Shown here: positions 20,972 through 33,439 of the stretch, one piece after another | Numbering within the stretch: position 1 is the first letter of the stretch | Layout of the letters: each line of letters starts with the position of its first letter | Assembly (NCBI GenBank): GCA_907165135.1 | Contig: OU015567.1 | Span: 2,232,001 to 2,296,000, forward strand | Direction: 5' to 3' | DNA length: 64,000 nt | Source: Oikopleura dioica | Lineage: Eukaryota > Animalia > Chordata | The notes under the pieces: generated by a model | Seen by the model: only the letters and a program-made list of their open reading frames with translations | Told to the model about the DNA's origin: nothing | Database searches by the model: none | Position numbers and translations under genes: made by a program

Positions 20972-23619
20972 TTAGAAATTGCGAACATTGTGTTTTGGCG
21001 TAAGAGTTACTGAGTATGCTTGAGGAAGAAGATACCATGTTTCTTCTTTCATTTTGTTGACGTGTTCATTAGTAAGTGTTAAAAACTCTCCCTTGTCTCC
21101 GTAATAAATATAATCATAAAAACAGTTGTGGCATTCTTCCATCATTCTGTTACTTGCGTAATATGGTCTTTTGAGAGGGATTCTTATTTGAGAAGAAGAA
21201 TGAGCGATCAAAGTATTTTGAAGAATATATTCGGAGTATTCGACTCGGTCAAGTACCATTTGGTGAAAAATTAAACTTCCGTCGGTGTTGAGAAATGTGC
21301 CGGTAACCACCAAGGGACGTTGAAAGGTGAATTTTTCGTGAAGCAGAACTTTCGAATAAATAATTAATTCCTAAAAAGATAAAACAACCTTTTTGAAAGT
21401 CAAACTCAGATTTTGTACGTAGAGTATCAATGTGCAAAATATCCCATCCACTTTTATGAAAAAATGTTTCAAATTTGAGTCTCTTCAGAAGCATTTCAAT
21501 ATCATTATCCTGGAATTCTTGCTCTTCCATTTTCGGATTTAGAGTAAATCCAGCCAAACTTCGAGGGAAAATGATCATCGTCAGAACTATGAGAATGTTT
21601 TCAAGAGTATAATCATCATTCATTCTTTTATCATTAACTTTCAAATCATTCTTGATCGCCCATCTCAAAATGACGCTGACTGAAATTGGAACACAGAGAT
21701 TGCTTCCTTTCTGATCGAGAACATTTTGAGTAACATTTGTAAACTCGTTTTTCATGGTTCTCTTGAATCGCTGTTTTAAATTCGCCATTGCAGAGGATTT
21801 TGTCAAATTCGGATCATCAAAAGAGGAAAATGACGTTTTTTTGAGAGAGATAATTTTGGTCAGCTTTGAGACTTCTTTTTCGTGATCTTCACCGTAGCTT
21901 GGGTTAACCCAATATTCATCAAAATATTCGTCCTAATTATGGCGATTACAAAAATTATAATTAAAAATTTTTAACAGCAGAAATAACGACATGTCAATTG
22001 TTTGTGCTCAAGAGAAAAAACGATACACTTAAATATATTTTACTTAGGAAAATTTTTCTAGAAAATGACGTCATTTTTTTTAGGCAATCTTTCCGATGAA
22101 TTTTCGTTATTTAAAATGGGTCAAATAGAAGCTAATATAGAAGAAATCTTGCGAAAAGAATATTTAAATTGGCTCAAAATTCGCTCAATATGGCCCTTTT
22201 TGCTATCTTATCAGATCATTTTTGGTGTCGTCGGTTGTTGTTTTTTGCATAATTTTAACCATGAAAATCGGTATAATCTAAGCTTTTGAGCGGAAAAAAA
22301 GATTGGTCAATTCTGTGCTGCAAGTTTTTCTTTATTTCATCTAAATGATTGCAATTTTCAATTATGTTTTACCTCGTTTATTTTCTTTCTGATATTTTCT
22401 TTTTCTTCTGTCGTTAAAGGATTATAAAGAACACTCCATGCAGTTTTCCAGTCGCAAATAATCAAAACATGTAAATTTGTCAAAAAACCACCACTGCCTT
22501 CGCAAAGTTGGCTGATACTAGAAAATCCTGCAGAACCAGCGCCTGTTCGAAAGCAAAAATAAGATAAACTATAAATTTTAAGGTTTAACTTACGTAGAGA
22601 ATGAACATCTTCGTACTTGCATCCTTTCCTTGCATAGCCCATTTCACAATAACTTATTCTCATTGATTCGTTAGTTACGATGCCGAAATCAGTCCATTTT
22701 GGCTTTCCATTTTTAAGAAGGATATTTTCAGGTTTTCTGTCCATATGATGGATATAGATTTCCGTCAAATACTTGTATCCCTCCGAGACGCCTATTGATA
22801 TTAATTTTCTTTCGTCCAGACTCAAATCCTCATTCTTGAGCCTTATTCTCAAATCAGAATCACATTTTTCCATGATTGTTATCCATCCTAGACAGTCTTC
22901 CTTTTTTTCATCTTCTTTTAAAAATATTTGAATATTGCAGAAATTTTTTATAACATTTTCGTGTGATGGAATTGCCCTTGGTATAATATGAAACTTGTTT
23001 TTCTCGGAGTTAATTTTTTCAGCAATTTCATAATCTAAATTTCAGGTTCTAGTAAATAATAAAAACGGAAAAAACCTTTTGAAAGATGAATATAAAAGAA
23101 AAGATCCTGTTTCGCTGCAAAAAGTGCTGGATCAAAACATTGAACTCGAACAACGACTTTCAGTTCTCCAAATATCTCTTGAAAGACAATTGCTTCTCCA
23201 CCAACAGAAAGGATCTTCTCCTCGAAAGAACGACCAAGTGTCCATTCGCCGAATTCTTCTTGCAATTCTGATCGTAGAATTGTCTTATTTTTAAAATCAG
23301 GATTTCGCTCAAGAATTATTTTCTGCAATTCAGTAACGGTCCATCGTAAGCCCCCGAGGTCGGCTGACTCACACTCCTGGCCAGGAAAAAAGACTTGCCC
23401 TTCCTCGTCTCGGAAAATAATCTTGTCCCACCCAGTGTATATATTCTGCAATGACCCATTGATCGCGATCTTGAAATCTTCATGTATCCTGTCAACTGAT
23501 AAAATCAATCTGTCTAAATCATTACGACTTGTCCATCTTTCTAGTTTTCTCGTGAAACATCCAAGCCATTTCTTCACGCTCTCTTTTGTCAATTCGTCTG
23601 GATGCAATGGTATTTTCAT
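20972..23619 (-). CDS. Atypical protein kinase followed by a papain-fold cysteine-peptidase-like domain (one gene or two; linker splicing unresolved)
   Basis: Kinase: ILSVGGEAIVF, VVVRVQ, HENVI, IMEKCD, HHMDRKPENILL, WTDFG (22358-23619). Peptidase-like: DQKGSNLCVPIS and FHQMVLDRVEYSEYILQNT (20972-21950), joined by a GT-AG intron near 21350-21390. Confidence 0.65.
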
Positions 23620-23926
23620 TTTTAGAATTATTGCTTGTAAAGAGGAAAAGTCATCGCTTGAGCACTAAGCAAATGTAACATTTGAAATGTTTACTCGTTT
23701 TTTTTTACAAATAAGAACGGGAAAAAAATGATCATCGACGATTATTAGGTTTTCTTTTTACTGAAAATATACTTTCTTCATCTCAAGGTGATTTTTTTGA
23801 GAATATTTTCGGGATTCTGTCATTCTAAAAATTCTGACTTTGAAAAATCCTCCAGCGATTATGTTTTTCGAGAATCAAACAGTCTGTAATGTTAGTCAGT
23901 TTAGTAAAGCAAGTTGAGCGAGTGTA

Positions 23927-24479
23927 ATGCTAGCTAGTTTTCCTCACATAATTAGTTATTCCTTTATTATACAGAGTAAGTCAGCCCATTCTCATTTTGG
24001 AAAAATTATTATTGACCTCATGGAATATCAGAGAAGTTTTCTGTCTCGGCATCTGAATTGCAAGTTTCTTGGGCAAAAAAGGCAAGTCATTTATTTTCGA
24101 TGGCGAGACGCTGCTCATGATTTGGCCAGGTCACAGTTGATAAGCTTAACGCCTGAAAAGGGTCAACACGTGTCCCTTTTCTGTCAGAAGAAGATCGATT
24201 TTTGCACTGTCATGGATCAGTTTATCAGAGATCTGCAAAATCACGGTGTTCCAGAAGAAAAGAAAGAAGAAGAAAAACCTCCAGAAGAGACGACTGAGAG
24301 CAAAGTTGATCGGGCGATCTCATGTCCAGGAAAATGGCTTGATTTATTTCATCAGGTTCAATTTTGATTTATTTATGAAATATATCAGAAGAAGATCAGA
24401 AGAAATTTTACCGGAGGAATGTCAAACATATTTTTTATTTATCTCGATTGTATTCAGGCAAAAATATATCAATTTATGA
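23927..24479 (+). CDS. Protein of unknown function
   Basis: Long open frame (MEYQRSFLSRHLNCKFLG...) with an acidic EEKKEEEKPPEE stretch. No recognisable family. Confidence 0.4.
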
Positions 24480-24602
24480 GGCAAAATTCTCACTTATGGT
24501 TTTTGTTAAGAAACAAGACAAAAAACTTTAATCTCGATATTTCATTGAAAAACCATCTTTATTCTCTTTACTTTCTCTGAGAAAATTCCAAGCCAATCTA
24601 AG

Positions 24603-25744
24603 AATGCCGAGAGCGACTGAAACGACCGATTCTTATGCTACCATGCGCCCATAATCTTTGCCAAAAATGTGCCCAGAATATTTTCGACAACAAAGGTTTT
24701 CCAACGAGTCAACATGTATCAACCCTTTTCCATAGCAATCGTGATGCGAAATGCTCGTAGCGATCGTCACAAAATCAGATGTCCCTGTTGCCGAAAAGAA
24801 GTCGTCCTTGACATGCATGGAATTCATGGACTAACGCGAAATCTCGTCATTGAGCAATTTATCGAAACTTTCGAAAAGCATGAGAAACTGTAATTTTACC
24901 CTTCATCCTCCTTTCTACCATTTTTCTCTAGAAAAAAATCAGGCAAAACTCTTCCTCCACCCCGATCACGAAAAACAGTAGCGCTGAAGTACATCCCTCC
25001 AAGCTGCAAAACTCACAAGAACCAGAAGCTGAACATCTACTGTAACGACTGTTCTGAACTCACATGCACTTTGTGCAAGTGCTTCGGAGCTCATAAAAAC
25101 TGCCACGTGACTGTCGTCAAGGACTCATTTCAACTCGAAAAAGAAGAGCTCGAAAAAAGCTTGGACAGATCGAAAAATATTCTCAAAGAACTTAGGTTCG
25201 AGTTTCTCAAATTTCAAAAAAAAAGGGAGTTTTAGGGAAATTTGCAAACTGTACGAAGAAGCGCTCAAAACATCGAGAAATCTACAGCTCTCGGAGAATC
25301 AGAGGATTCTTAATGCTTTTCATGAGATTTTCGAGATTCTAGAGAAGCGGAAAAAAGCTTTGCTGAAGTCCATTGACAAGTAAATATTCGTTTTATGATT
25401 GGTCAAAGCAAAGCATGTTGCATTTTGATTGGTTCAAGGGGCAAAATTTTCATTTTAGCGAAGCCAAGTCCAAGTTGACCAACTTGGACAACAACTTGGA
25501 ACAATACGGCGAAATCCTCTCCTCACAGACTGAAATTCTCACCGAAAGTTCTCGAATCAGCGGCGCCAAAAACTGGGTCGGCTTCATTTTCCGCGTCAAA
25601 AACGATCTCATCCCCAAGATCGACAAATTCTGCGACCGGCGAGAGCAAGTTATGACATTGAAAAAAGTTCCATTCAACGAGGATTCGTGGAAATTAAATG
25701 TAGAGCCTGTTCTTTCTTTGATCAATAAAATCGACTTTGAATAG
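24603..25744 (+). CDS. MuRF-like (TRIM54/55/63-type) RING-B-box-coiled-coil E3 ligase, multi-exon; 5' end unresolved
   Basis: PILMLPCAHNLCQKCAQNIF, RCPCCRKEVVLDMHGIHGLTRNLVIEQFI, B-box CKTHKNQKLNIYCNDCSELTCTLCKCFGAHKNC, then coiled-coil exons. Confidence 0.85.
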
Positions 25745-25895
25745 AAGATAATTTCTAAATCGAAAACGAAAAAGGGAAAAACGTGTTCAATTTCTGCACG
25801 GGTCATCAATAGAACATCGGAGCATGAAATTTAACATTTCATCCTTTTATAACCAGCCCTGATAAGCGAATCAGGATCAAAAAAGGCTAGGAAAA

Positions 25896-26599
25896 ATGAA
25901 GGTTTTAACAATTCTAGTGCTTTTGAACTCGAGTTTTATGGAAGCAAGTGAAGTACCAGAGAGTTTATTGCAAGAAATGCAGGTAATCACAAACTTTTTT
26001 TATAAAAAAGACAAATTTTTTGAAGAAAACGATCGAAAAATGTTCGTTTTTCATGGAATTTGCGCTTTTATGTCCGACAGGAAGAGTTTTATAAAAATTT
26101 TTTCATGAAAATAGCTTCTCCTTAGGGCATTTGAATTAGAGGCTCTAGTTCATATCATGGTATGCCATTTTTAATATCATCGAAAAATAAACTCACATAA
26201 GCTCCATTGAAAAAAACCGGCCTTCTCGAGCAACCGACGAGTTTATGGTTTGTTCGTGGCGGGCTCATTCGAAAATACACCCACCGGTTGAGTCAAGTTT
26301 TTCTCGACGCAATTCATCACATTGAACAAAAGAAGTGCACACTTATTCCAGCTCAACTGAAGGAAATTGAGGAGCGAAATGGTTTTGAAGAAGTTTTGGG
26401 GCAAATTCAACGACAGCAGTTTTTGAAAACGAATGTTCCGAAGAATATCGTTGAAGAAATGGGCAACTTTTGTCTTCAAGGTAACTCGGAAATCTAATCA
26501 CGTGACGGTTTATTGTTAGATGTGAGAAAACTCCTCGATGAAAGCTCAATCAAAACTGCGGAAAACGCGGCTCCTGGCTTCGCCGTTTTACTCACGTGA
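25896..26599 (+). CDS. Probable secreted protein of unknown function
   Basis: Signal-like MKVLTILVLLNSSFMEA, GT donor after EMQ, further open frame at 26207-26497. Confidence 0.4.
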
Positions 26600-26718
26600 T
26601 CAAAGATATCAACAAGAAGAAAAACAACTGTAGGAAAATCGGCGCGTTACCAATTTTCCCCCCGAAATAATCTTCATGATGCCTTCCTTGCAAAGTTTTA
26701 ACGAAAATAAACATCTTG

Positions 26719-29110
26719 CTAGGATTTCTCATTTATTTTGGTGGGTTTTTATTGTCAACTTCAAGTGAAATTGTCGGCAAGTCGTAAAGCCAGCGATCGA
26801 TCAGGGCGAGATTTTTATGCTTATTTTCGTTGAAATGCTCGGCCCAGCGAAGATTGCTAGAATGCATTTTTCAGAATTCCATCAAATTTAATTTCAGACC
26901 TTATTGCATCTTCATAATCCTCTCCTTTCTGATTTCTCCACTGAAGGAATGATTCTTTGTTGTATCGCTCAACTTTTTCAGTCACTGATTGAACATCAAG
27001 GTGCTTCAGCAGCTCTAGAATTCATTCTGTATTCAAATTGATAAGCGTTTTTTTACCGCGACGGAGTTTTCGAGCAATATTTTCATCCTGAATTTCATGA
27101 AGTTCTTCGGGATCATTTTTCAGATCGAAAAGTTGGTATCGATGCTGACTGTAGAAAATGAACTTGTAGTCTCCTTGTACGATCATGTAACCAGACGCGT
27201 TCATATGTTCTGCATGGTACTGTGCTTTTTGACAGATGTCAGTTACTGTAACCAATTTTTCCCAGAACAAGGTAAATTTTTAATCAAGACAGGTCTTTTC
27301 AAAACCAAGATTTTGACCCGCTTTTTCATTTAATTCTGGTCAGTGTTTTTTTTTCTGCAGGCATTTTTTATTAATGGCCAATTTTGTTCTACTGAACTCA
27401 TCCGTTTCCTAATACAGGGCGGTTTGAACTGATTCTCTTGTCCGGCAACAGGCTCAATCCGTCAATTTCATGTTCGGTCGTCTTAATTGATATTGACTGA
27501 AACTCCATTCTTGACTCGAGCTGACTTACTGTATTGGCTAAGGACAACAAAGTCGGATAAATATCCAAAAGACTTCGTGGCTCATGTTTTCTCATGTCAC
27601 TTTTGAATGGCGGCCCAGCGGCAATTAGTGGAACTCTGAACATCAAGAAAGAAAATGTTGATTTTCGAATATTTTTTTGATGAACGACCTGACGGAGCCT
27701 TCATAGAAACTCATCTTGTAGTACTGTTGATGCTCCATCGCGAGATCTCCATGATCAGAAGTGAAAAAGACGACGGTTTCGTTCAAATTTGGAATTGAAC
27801 GGAAAAGCTCGCCGAGAATCGCATCCACTTCTGCAAGCATCGCAAAGTAGTACGCGCGGATTTCGAGAATTTCTTCGTTTGACCAGCTTCCAGAGCAGTT
27901 TTTTGTAACGACCGCGTATTGGTCGACAGGATGAAGGTCTTGGAATTTCTTCCAAACTGGAGCTTTGATCTTTGATTTGTCCACTTTCTTCAAATAATAG
28001 GGCGAAGTCTTAAATGTAGATCCACCAGCATTGGGCCCTGCAGAATTGGTTCGATAAGGGTGAGGGAGGTTAATTCCGTAGTAGGCAAGCCATGGAGAAG
28101 ATGAATTTTTTGACGCCTTTTTGATGAACGACCTCACTTTTTTCAGTCGCATCCAATCTTTGAGTTGAACTCTGAAGGAGAAAAAGGCGGAGAGGAGGTA
28201 CTAAGTGCTACTTTTTGGTATTTTGATTGCCAAGAAGCTCGACTGTCGGTCTAGGCTCCTGTCTCAACGTCAATCCCTGTTTAAAATACGTAAAACAAGC
28301 AAATTAGTTATTCAAAAAGAGGCGTACCTGTACCCTAGATGTCCAGGCTTCTATCCGCTCTGATTCTGAAGGCGGTCATTAAAATTGTATTCATCGAAGG
28401 AGGAGGAAATTATTTCTCTCTTCTGGAATATTAAAAACGTACCTGAATGGTCGCCTTTATATTTTTCAAAAGAAGGATTATAAAAACAGGGCAACTGAAA
28501 ACTGAAGACAGAGAAAAAACAGATTTCTTATTGAAAAATATTTCCTGAGTGATCATCAATTTTACCAAATAGACCAATTTTGTAACGAACTAAGTTTTGT
28601 TCAAGACTATTTTTCGGGTTGGAAGAAAAAATTCTTGATAAACAATTCTTTTTTCAAGTCCTCGGTCCAGTTTCCAACACCATTTGAAAGCCCTCGAAAA
28701 TTATTCTAAAACATGTTTCATAACGGCTTTCTTTTCTATTAAAATTTTTACCCAGCTTTCTGTTTTATGAATATGCCGGCCAGAGAACAGAGCTGCTCTT
28801 GATGGAACACACAGGGGCGAGGCACAGTAGGTCCTCGTAAAAGTCGTGCCTACCAGAGGAAAGTTTTAGTCAGATTATTGAAAAACTCTCAGTTAAATTT
28901 TATCTGACAACTGACCGGCGCGCTGGAGTTTTTCTTTCATTATCGGATTTGTCAGTAACCGTATTTATATGAACCGTAGTCACTTTTTTTTATCTTGTAT
29001 TTGAATAATTATTTGAATCTTTTTTAGTCCGATTTTCCTAAATTTGGTAGAGCAACTGGCTTTGTTTTTTCACTGAGAATTCTTCCATCAAAAGCGTCTT
29101 CAAATAATCA
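26719..29110 (-). CDS. ARSK: Arylsulfatase K-like sulfatase, multi-exon; start unresolved
   Basis: DAFDGRIL, CASPLCVPSRAALFSG (CxPSR signature), YGINLPHPY, TSDHGDLAMEHQQYYKMSFYEGS, SLLDIYPTL, QLFDLKNDPEE, NLRWAEHF. Confidence 0.85.
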
Positions 29111-30462
29111 TCAATTTTACGATATTAATAGCTTTGTGAGATAGATGATCTGAGTATTATATAACTAAACGACGTTGAATAGTTCTATTTATTGCACTCT
29201 GAAACTCGATTAGCAAATTTAATTTACGCTCCCTTGGGTTGGAAAATAGGATTTATATAACTACTTATATAACCAAACGAACCTGTAATGACAAACAAAA
29301 TATTCGGGGGCCGGGAAGCAAAGCCGAAGTGAATTTGGGTATTGAGCCAAAAAACAAGGAGGAACATGAACATCGTTTTTTTCTAAGAACACTTGTTTTT
29401 TTTCTCGCTGATTCTTATTTTCGCAACACGTCCTCAAATGATTTTTTGATGGGCTTTTCTTATAAAACCCCTTCTCTCGTTCCTTACCAAATCCAAGTCG
29501 AGATTGGAAAACAGCTCAATCAGGGGCTTTCTGTTTAGATTGAGAAGGAATATTGAGGATGCGATTTTCACAGATTCAATTTTTTTCGATGCTTTTGTTC
29601 GTTACCTCGGCGCTTGAAATTACTCTTGGAATTCCTGAACGTAAGTTTTCTTCCAAAAAATTAACAAACTTAGCAAAAATTTCCCTTTTTTTTCTAAAAA
29701 ATCCACTTTAGCGAAATCAATTTCAAAACGAGCATCATTAACAAGCAGCCTAATATCTCAACTTCAACAGGTTCGATACCTTCTTTCAACCCCTTTTTGA
29801 AGATATTAAAATTAAGAAAGAAGAAAAGAAGCGACAGCTGAATTATTTCATCGAAATGTTGGAAAACGAAAACCTTTAGCGAAACATTTTTTCCTGTCAG
29901 AAATCATCCTTTTTTTACATATATCTTCGTCTGCTAAAGAGAATTTGAGTTTTAATAAAACTAAAAACCAAATTTTTATCGTATATTAAGAAATAGACAG
30001 AGATATAAATTTAAATCGAATCATATAAGATTGTACAAGCTTTATATAATGTCCAATTTCTAGGTCAATTATCTAATCCTTCGTAGAGATATATAAACGA
30101 CCAGATATAAGTGAGATATCGTAATAAAAGCGAAGAATTACGACCCCTTGCAGAAAAATCAATATAGTGACCTAGATACGCTCGTTATTGTTGATTGCTT
30201 TTCTGCTTAAAAATTAAGGTGCAACCCTTGATTTTTTGCTGAGGGGACATTGAAGAAAAAATTGATTTTGAGAGTTCTTTTTTTCTAATCAGGCAATTAT
30301 ATAACCGCTTATTCGCCATATTCAACATAATATTTCTTCATTCTTTCCCGGTCCAGTGATCCTTAATCGACAGAGTTATATAACTCAGTTATATAATTTG
30401 TATTTTATACAGCGAATATAAGCGCTCGCGGTACAACATACTTCACACAAGGGGAAAGAACA

Positions 30463-30675
30463 ATGATGAATTCTTCAAAGAAGCGCAGTGGATTCAAAAA
30501 ACGATCGGGTCTTCAGTTCAAATTGCCGCTAAAATGCGAACTCTGCGGGCGAAACTTTCGCTATGAATATTCTAAGGCTTTGCACATTGAGGAAGATCAC
30601 AAAATCAGGCAACCAAAGCCTCGAGCGATCCCGATCTCAGTCATCGTTAGAAATCCCTGCACAATTTTTCATTGA
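30463..30675 (+). CDS. Small protein or exon with one C2H2 zinc finger
   Basis: CELCGRNFRYEYSKALHIEEDH; basic N-terminus. Confidence 0.55.
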   Translation: MMNSSKKRSGFKKRSGLQFKLPLKCELCGRNFRYEYSKALHIEEDHKIRQPKPRAIPISVIVRNPCTIFH

Positions 30676-30948
30676 ATATCAAGCTGTTATAAAACTGTCT
30701 ACGAAAAAAGACAAATGGGAATAAAATTCAAAGAAAATATTCAAAATCTTTTTCTGTAGGATTTTTGAAAGAAATAACTACGGTAAGAAACAATCAGGAG
30801 CGATTATCGTGTCGATAGTTCCCTGAGCTGGCATTTTCTCAAACAATGGACACCTGTGCTTCCGACGGTATCAAGCCCAGTCTATTGCAAGAGACTTTTC
30901 TTATTTTTTCTTCAAACAGTTTTGCTTCTCGCAAAAATGGTTGACTTT

Positions 30949-32551
30949 ATGAAACGGAAAAAGAGACCGATAATTATAACAATTTTCATCCTAGGTAAGA
31001 GAGAAAGACGAGGGTATAAAGGTTATCTTTGAAAAATTACAGTTATTGTATTTTGTCTTGGAGCTTTGATTTCGATCCCTATTGTCCAAAATCAATCAAA
31101 GACAATTCCGAGCTCGGAAACAACGACGACACAGTCAATTTTCGCAACAGCTGATGATGAAACGACAAGCGCGCATCTTTCTACCCAAAGCTCTCAAAAT
31201 TTATCGTCAACGTTAGCGCTTGATCCCTGTTCATTGAACTCATGTTTAAATGACGGAATCTGCTTTTCAACGGGAAGTACATTTAGATGTGATTGCCCTC
31301 CTGCCTATTCAGGAGCTCTTTGTGAGATAACACCATGCACAGACCAGTCTTGCCAACATGGAGGAACATGTTGGGTAAAGGACGGAGCTTACCAGTGTGA
31401 CTGTCCTCCTGGTTTTACTGGGAGAGAATGTCACCAAAATCCTTGTACTCCGGGACCTTGTCAACATGGAGGGACATGTGACTACTTTGAAGATGGGTCA
31501 TCACCTGATTATCTATGTACTTGCAAAGATGGATACTCGGGGGGAAAATTGCGAAAATACACCATGAGATGATCACAACTGCCTGAATGGTGGGACATGT
31601 GTTCTTGCTGGCGATGGTTACATTTGTTCCTGTGCTGAAGGATATTCTGGAGACACTTGCGATGAAACACCTTGTTCACAAAATAGATATCTTTATGGTT
31701 CTTATTGTCAAATTATCGGAAGTACATATGACGTGCTTTTTTTAAGGTTAACGAAGTTTTCCAGCCCACTTCCGCCTTATAGACCCCCGAACACTATACC
31801 TTTTTAGAATCAGCAGAAAATTTTAAGAAATTTGACGGTTTAAAATTTTCGAAAACTCCACTTCCGGTCGATTCTAGAGCCGGAAGTCGACGAAATTTGG
31901 GATTAATATTAGAGTCTGACCTATCAAATTGATGCTCAGAAGATTTTGACTCATCCAGTAATCAATTTATCAGAAGAAACAGTCCCAAACGTGATCAAAC
32001 CGACCGGTTAAATTATGTAAAAAACGCATAAATTGATGATTTTTTTCAGTTTTTTTCCGGTTGGTATGACCGCGGTTGGTCTTGATTCTTTTTTTAAATG
32101 ATAGGAAATCGTTTGAGCATCATTTTGATAGGTCAGACTTTACCCTAATACGTAAATTTCGTCAACTTCCGGCTCTAGAATCGACCGGAAGTGGAGTTTT
32201 CTAGAATTTTAAACCGTCAAAGTTCTTTAAATTTTCTACTGATTCTAAAAAGGGATAGTGTTTGGGGGTCTATAAGGCGGAAGTGGGCTGGAAAACTTCG
32301 TTAACCTAAGGTTTTTTTAAGTTAAAAAAAGCACGTCATATGCATGTCAGTGCCTGGATTACTTTGCCGGTGATCATTGCGAAATTACTCCTTGCGACTA
32401 TGACAGTCCCACTAAATGTGAAGCTAATGGTAATGGCCAGTGCGAAGTTAAAGATAACGGAGAGTTCACATGTGTTTGCAATCCAGGTCATTGTGGAGCT
32501 TTATGCAATGAGTACTGTAATAATAGATATCACATATGGTACGAGTCATAA
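30949..32551 (+). pseudogene. Type II membrane EGF-repeat gene (about 6 EGF repeats) with frameshift, nonsense codon and exonic MITE
   Basis: MKRKKRPIIITIFIL-VIVFCLGALISIPIV anchor, Ser/Thr stalk, EGF repeats (CLNDGIC...C.CPPAYSGALCE). Extra G in the G6 run at 31539-31544, TGA at 31565-31567 at a Cys position. Insert 31729-32338 splits STY|ACQCLD. Confidence 0.8.
31729..32338. mobile_element. Composite/nested MITE: outer 17-bp perfect TIR, inner 561-bp element with about 197-bp TIRs
   Basis: Outer TGACGTGCTTTTTTTAA / TTAAAAAAAGCACGTCA flanked by TA. Inner GGTTAACGAAG...CTTCGTTAACC at 31746-32306 flanked by TAA. Confidence 0.85.
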
Positions 32552-32591
32552 CTTGGAAGAAGTCACCATACGATTTTTCATGATACATGTA

Positions 32592-33395
32592 CAGTTTGAA
32601 GCACTTTTAAGGCCGACCCTTTTAAGGCCACTTTTTCGAAAAATTCCCAAAATCTGTCATCCTAAAAAAATCCACTTTAAGGCCACTTTCCCTTCAATTT
32701 CAGTTCAAAATCCGAAAGTTACAGTGTCTCTTGAAAAAGCTTTTTATCATCGACTGCGTGATGCCTTGTGTTTTTATCTTTATTTTTCTTTCGGTATTTT
32801 TGGATGTTTTTTCTTGACTTTTTCAATTAACGATAATTTCTTACGGTCTTGTTTGAATTTTCACTTTGATTTTGAGTCCAATTGTTTTAATCTATAATCA
32901 TTATATAGGCGTGTAAAAATACGCAGAGGAATGTCTTAACCATTTTTCTTTCGAAAAAGCTCAGCAATGGTCTTCTTCACGTCACTATTCTTTGACGTCT
33001 TCACTAGAATCTCTACATATCTTTTTTACTTAGCATTTGCCATGTTGATTCTTTTTTAAGACATGCTTTAAGAATATGATCTTTGAAAAAATAAAAGAAA
33101 GAATCATGTTGAGTTCAATTTAAAGGACACATTCTGAAAGAGGCTACAATTCATACTTTGTTCGGCCGTGAAAAATCAAACTATTTCTATTTTTTAGGAA
33201 ATAAGTTGAAAGTATATTCCAAAAACAGTGAAAGAAAGTTAAGTTCCAAATAATTTTATGAACCCTCATTTATTTTTTTTCGCAAGAGAGGAAAAAATTT
33301 GTTGTCATCCGACTCGAGACAAAAAATATCCATTTTAAGGCCACTTTTGAAATTTGCTGTCATCTAAAAATCGGCCTTAAAAGTGCTTCACACTG
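32592..33395. mobile_element. Tc1/mariner-like non-autonomous DNA transposon (804 bp)
   Basis: TA on both sides. 25-bp TIR CAGT(T/G)TGAAGCACTTTTAAGGCCGA. Internal TTAAGGCCACTT subterminal repeats. Stop-riddled Lys-rich minus-strand frame inside. Confidence 0.85.
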
Positions 33396-33439
33396 TACTC
33401 AATAAATATCGAATGCTTTCAATTCAAATAACTTATGCC

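Noticed and set aside
31565-31567. TGA at a Cys position as selenocysteine
   Set aside because: It sits next to a frameshift and a TE insertion in an EGF repeat, and no SECIS was identified. A nonsense mutation is simpler.
31733-32331. Removal of the EGF-gene MITE as a GT-AG intron using TIR-borne sites
   Set aside because: Splicing GT(31733) to AG(32330-32331) leaves the downstream exon out of frame, and upstream lesions already break the ORF.
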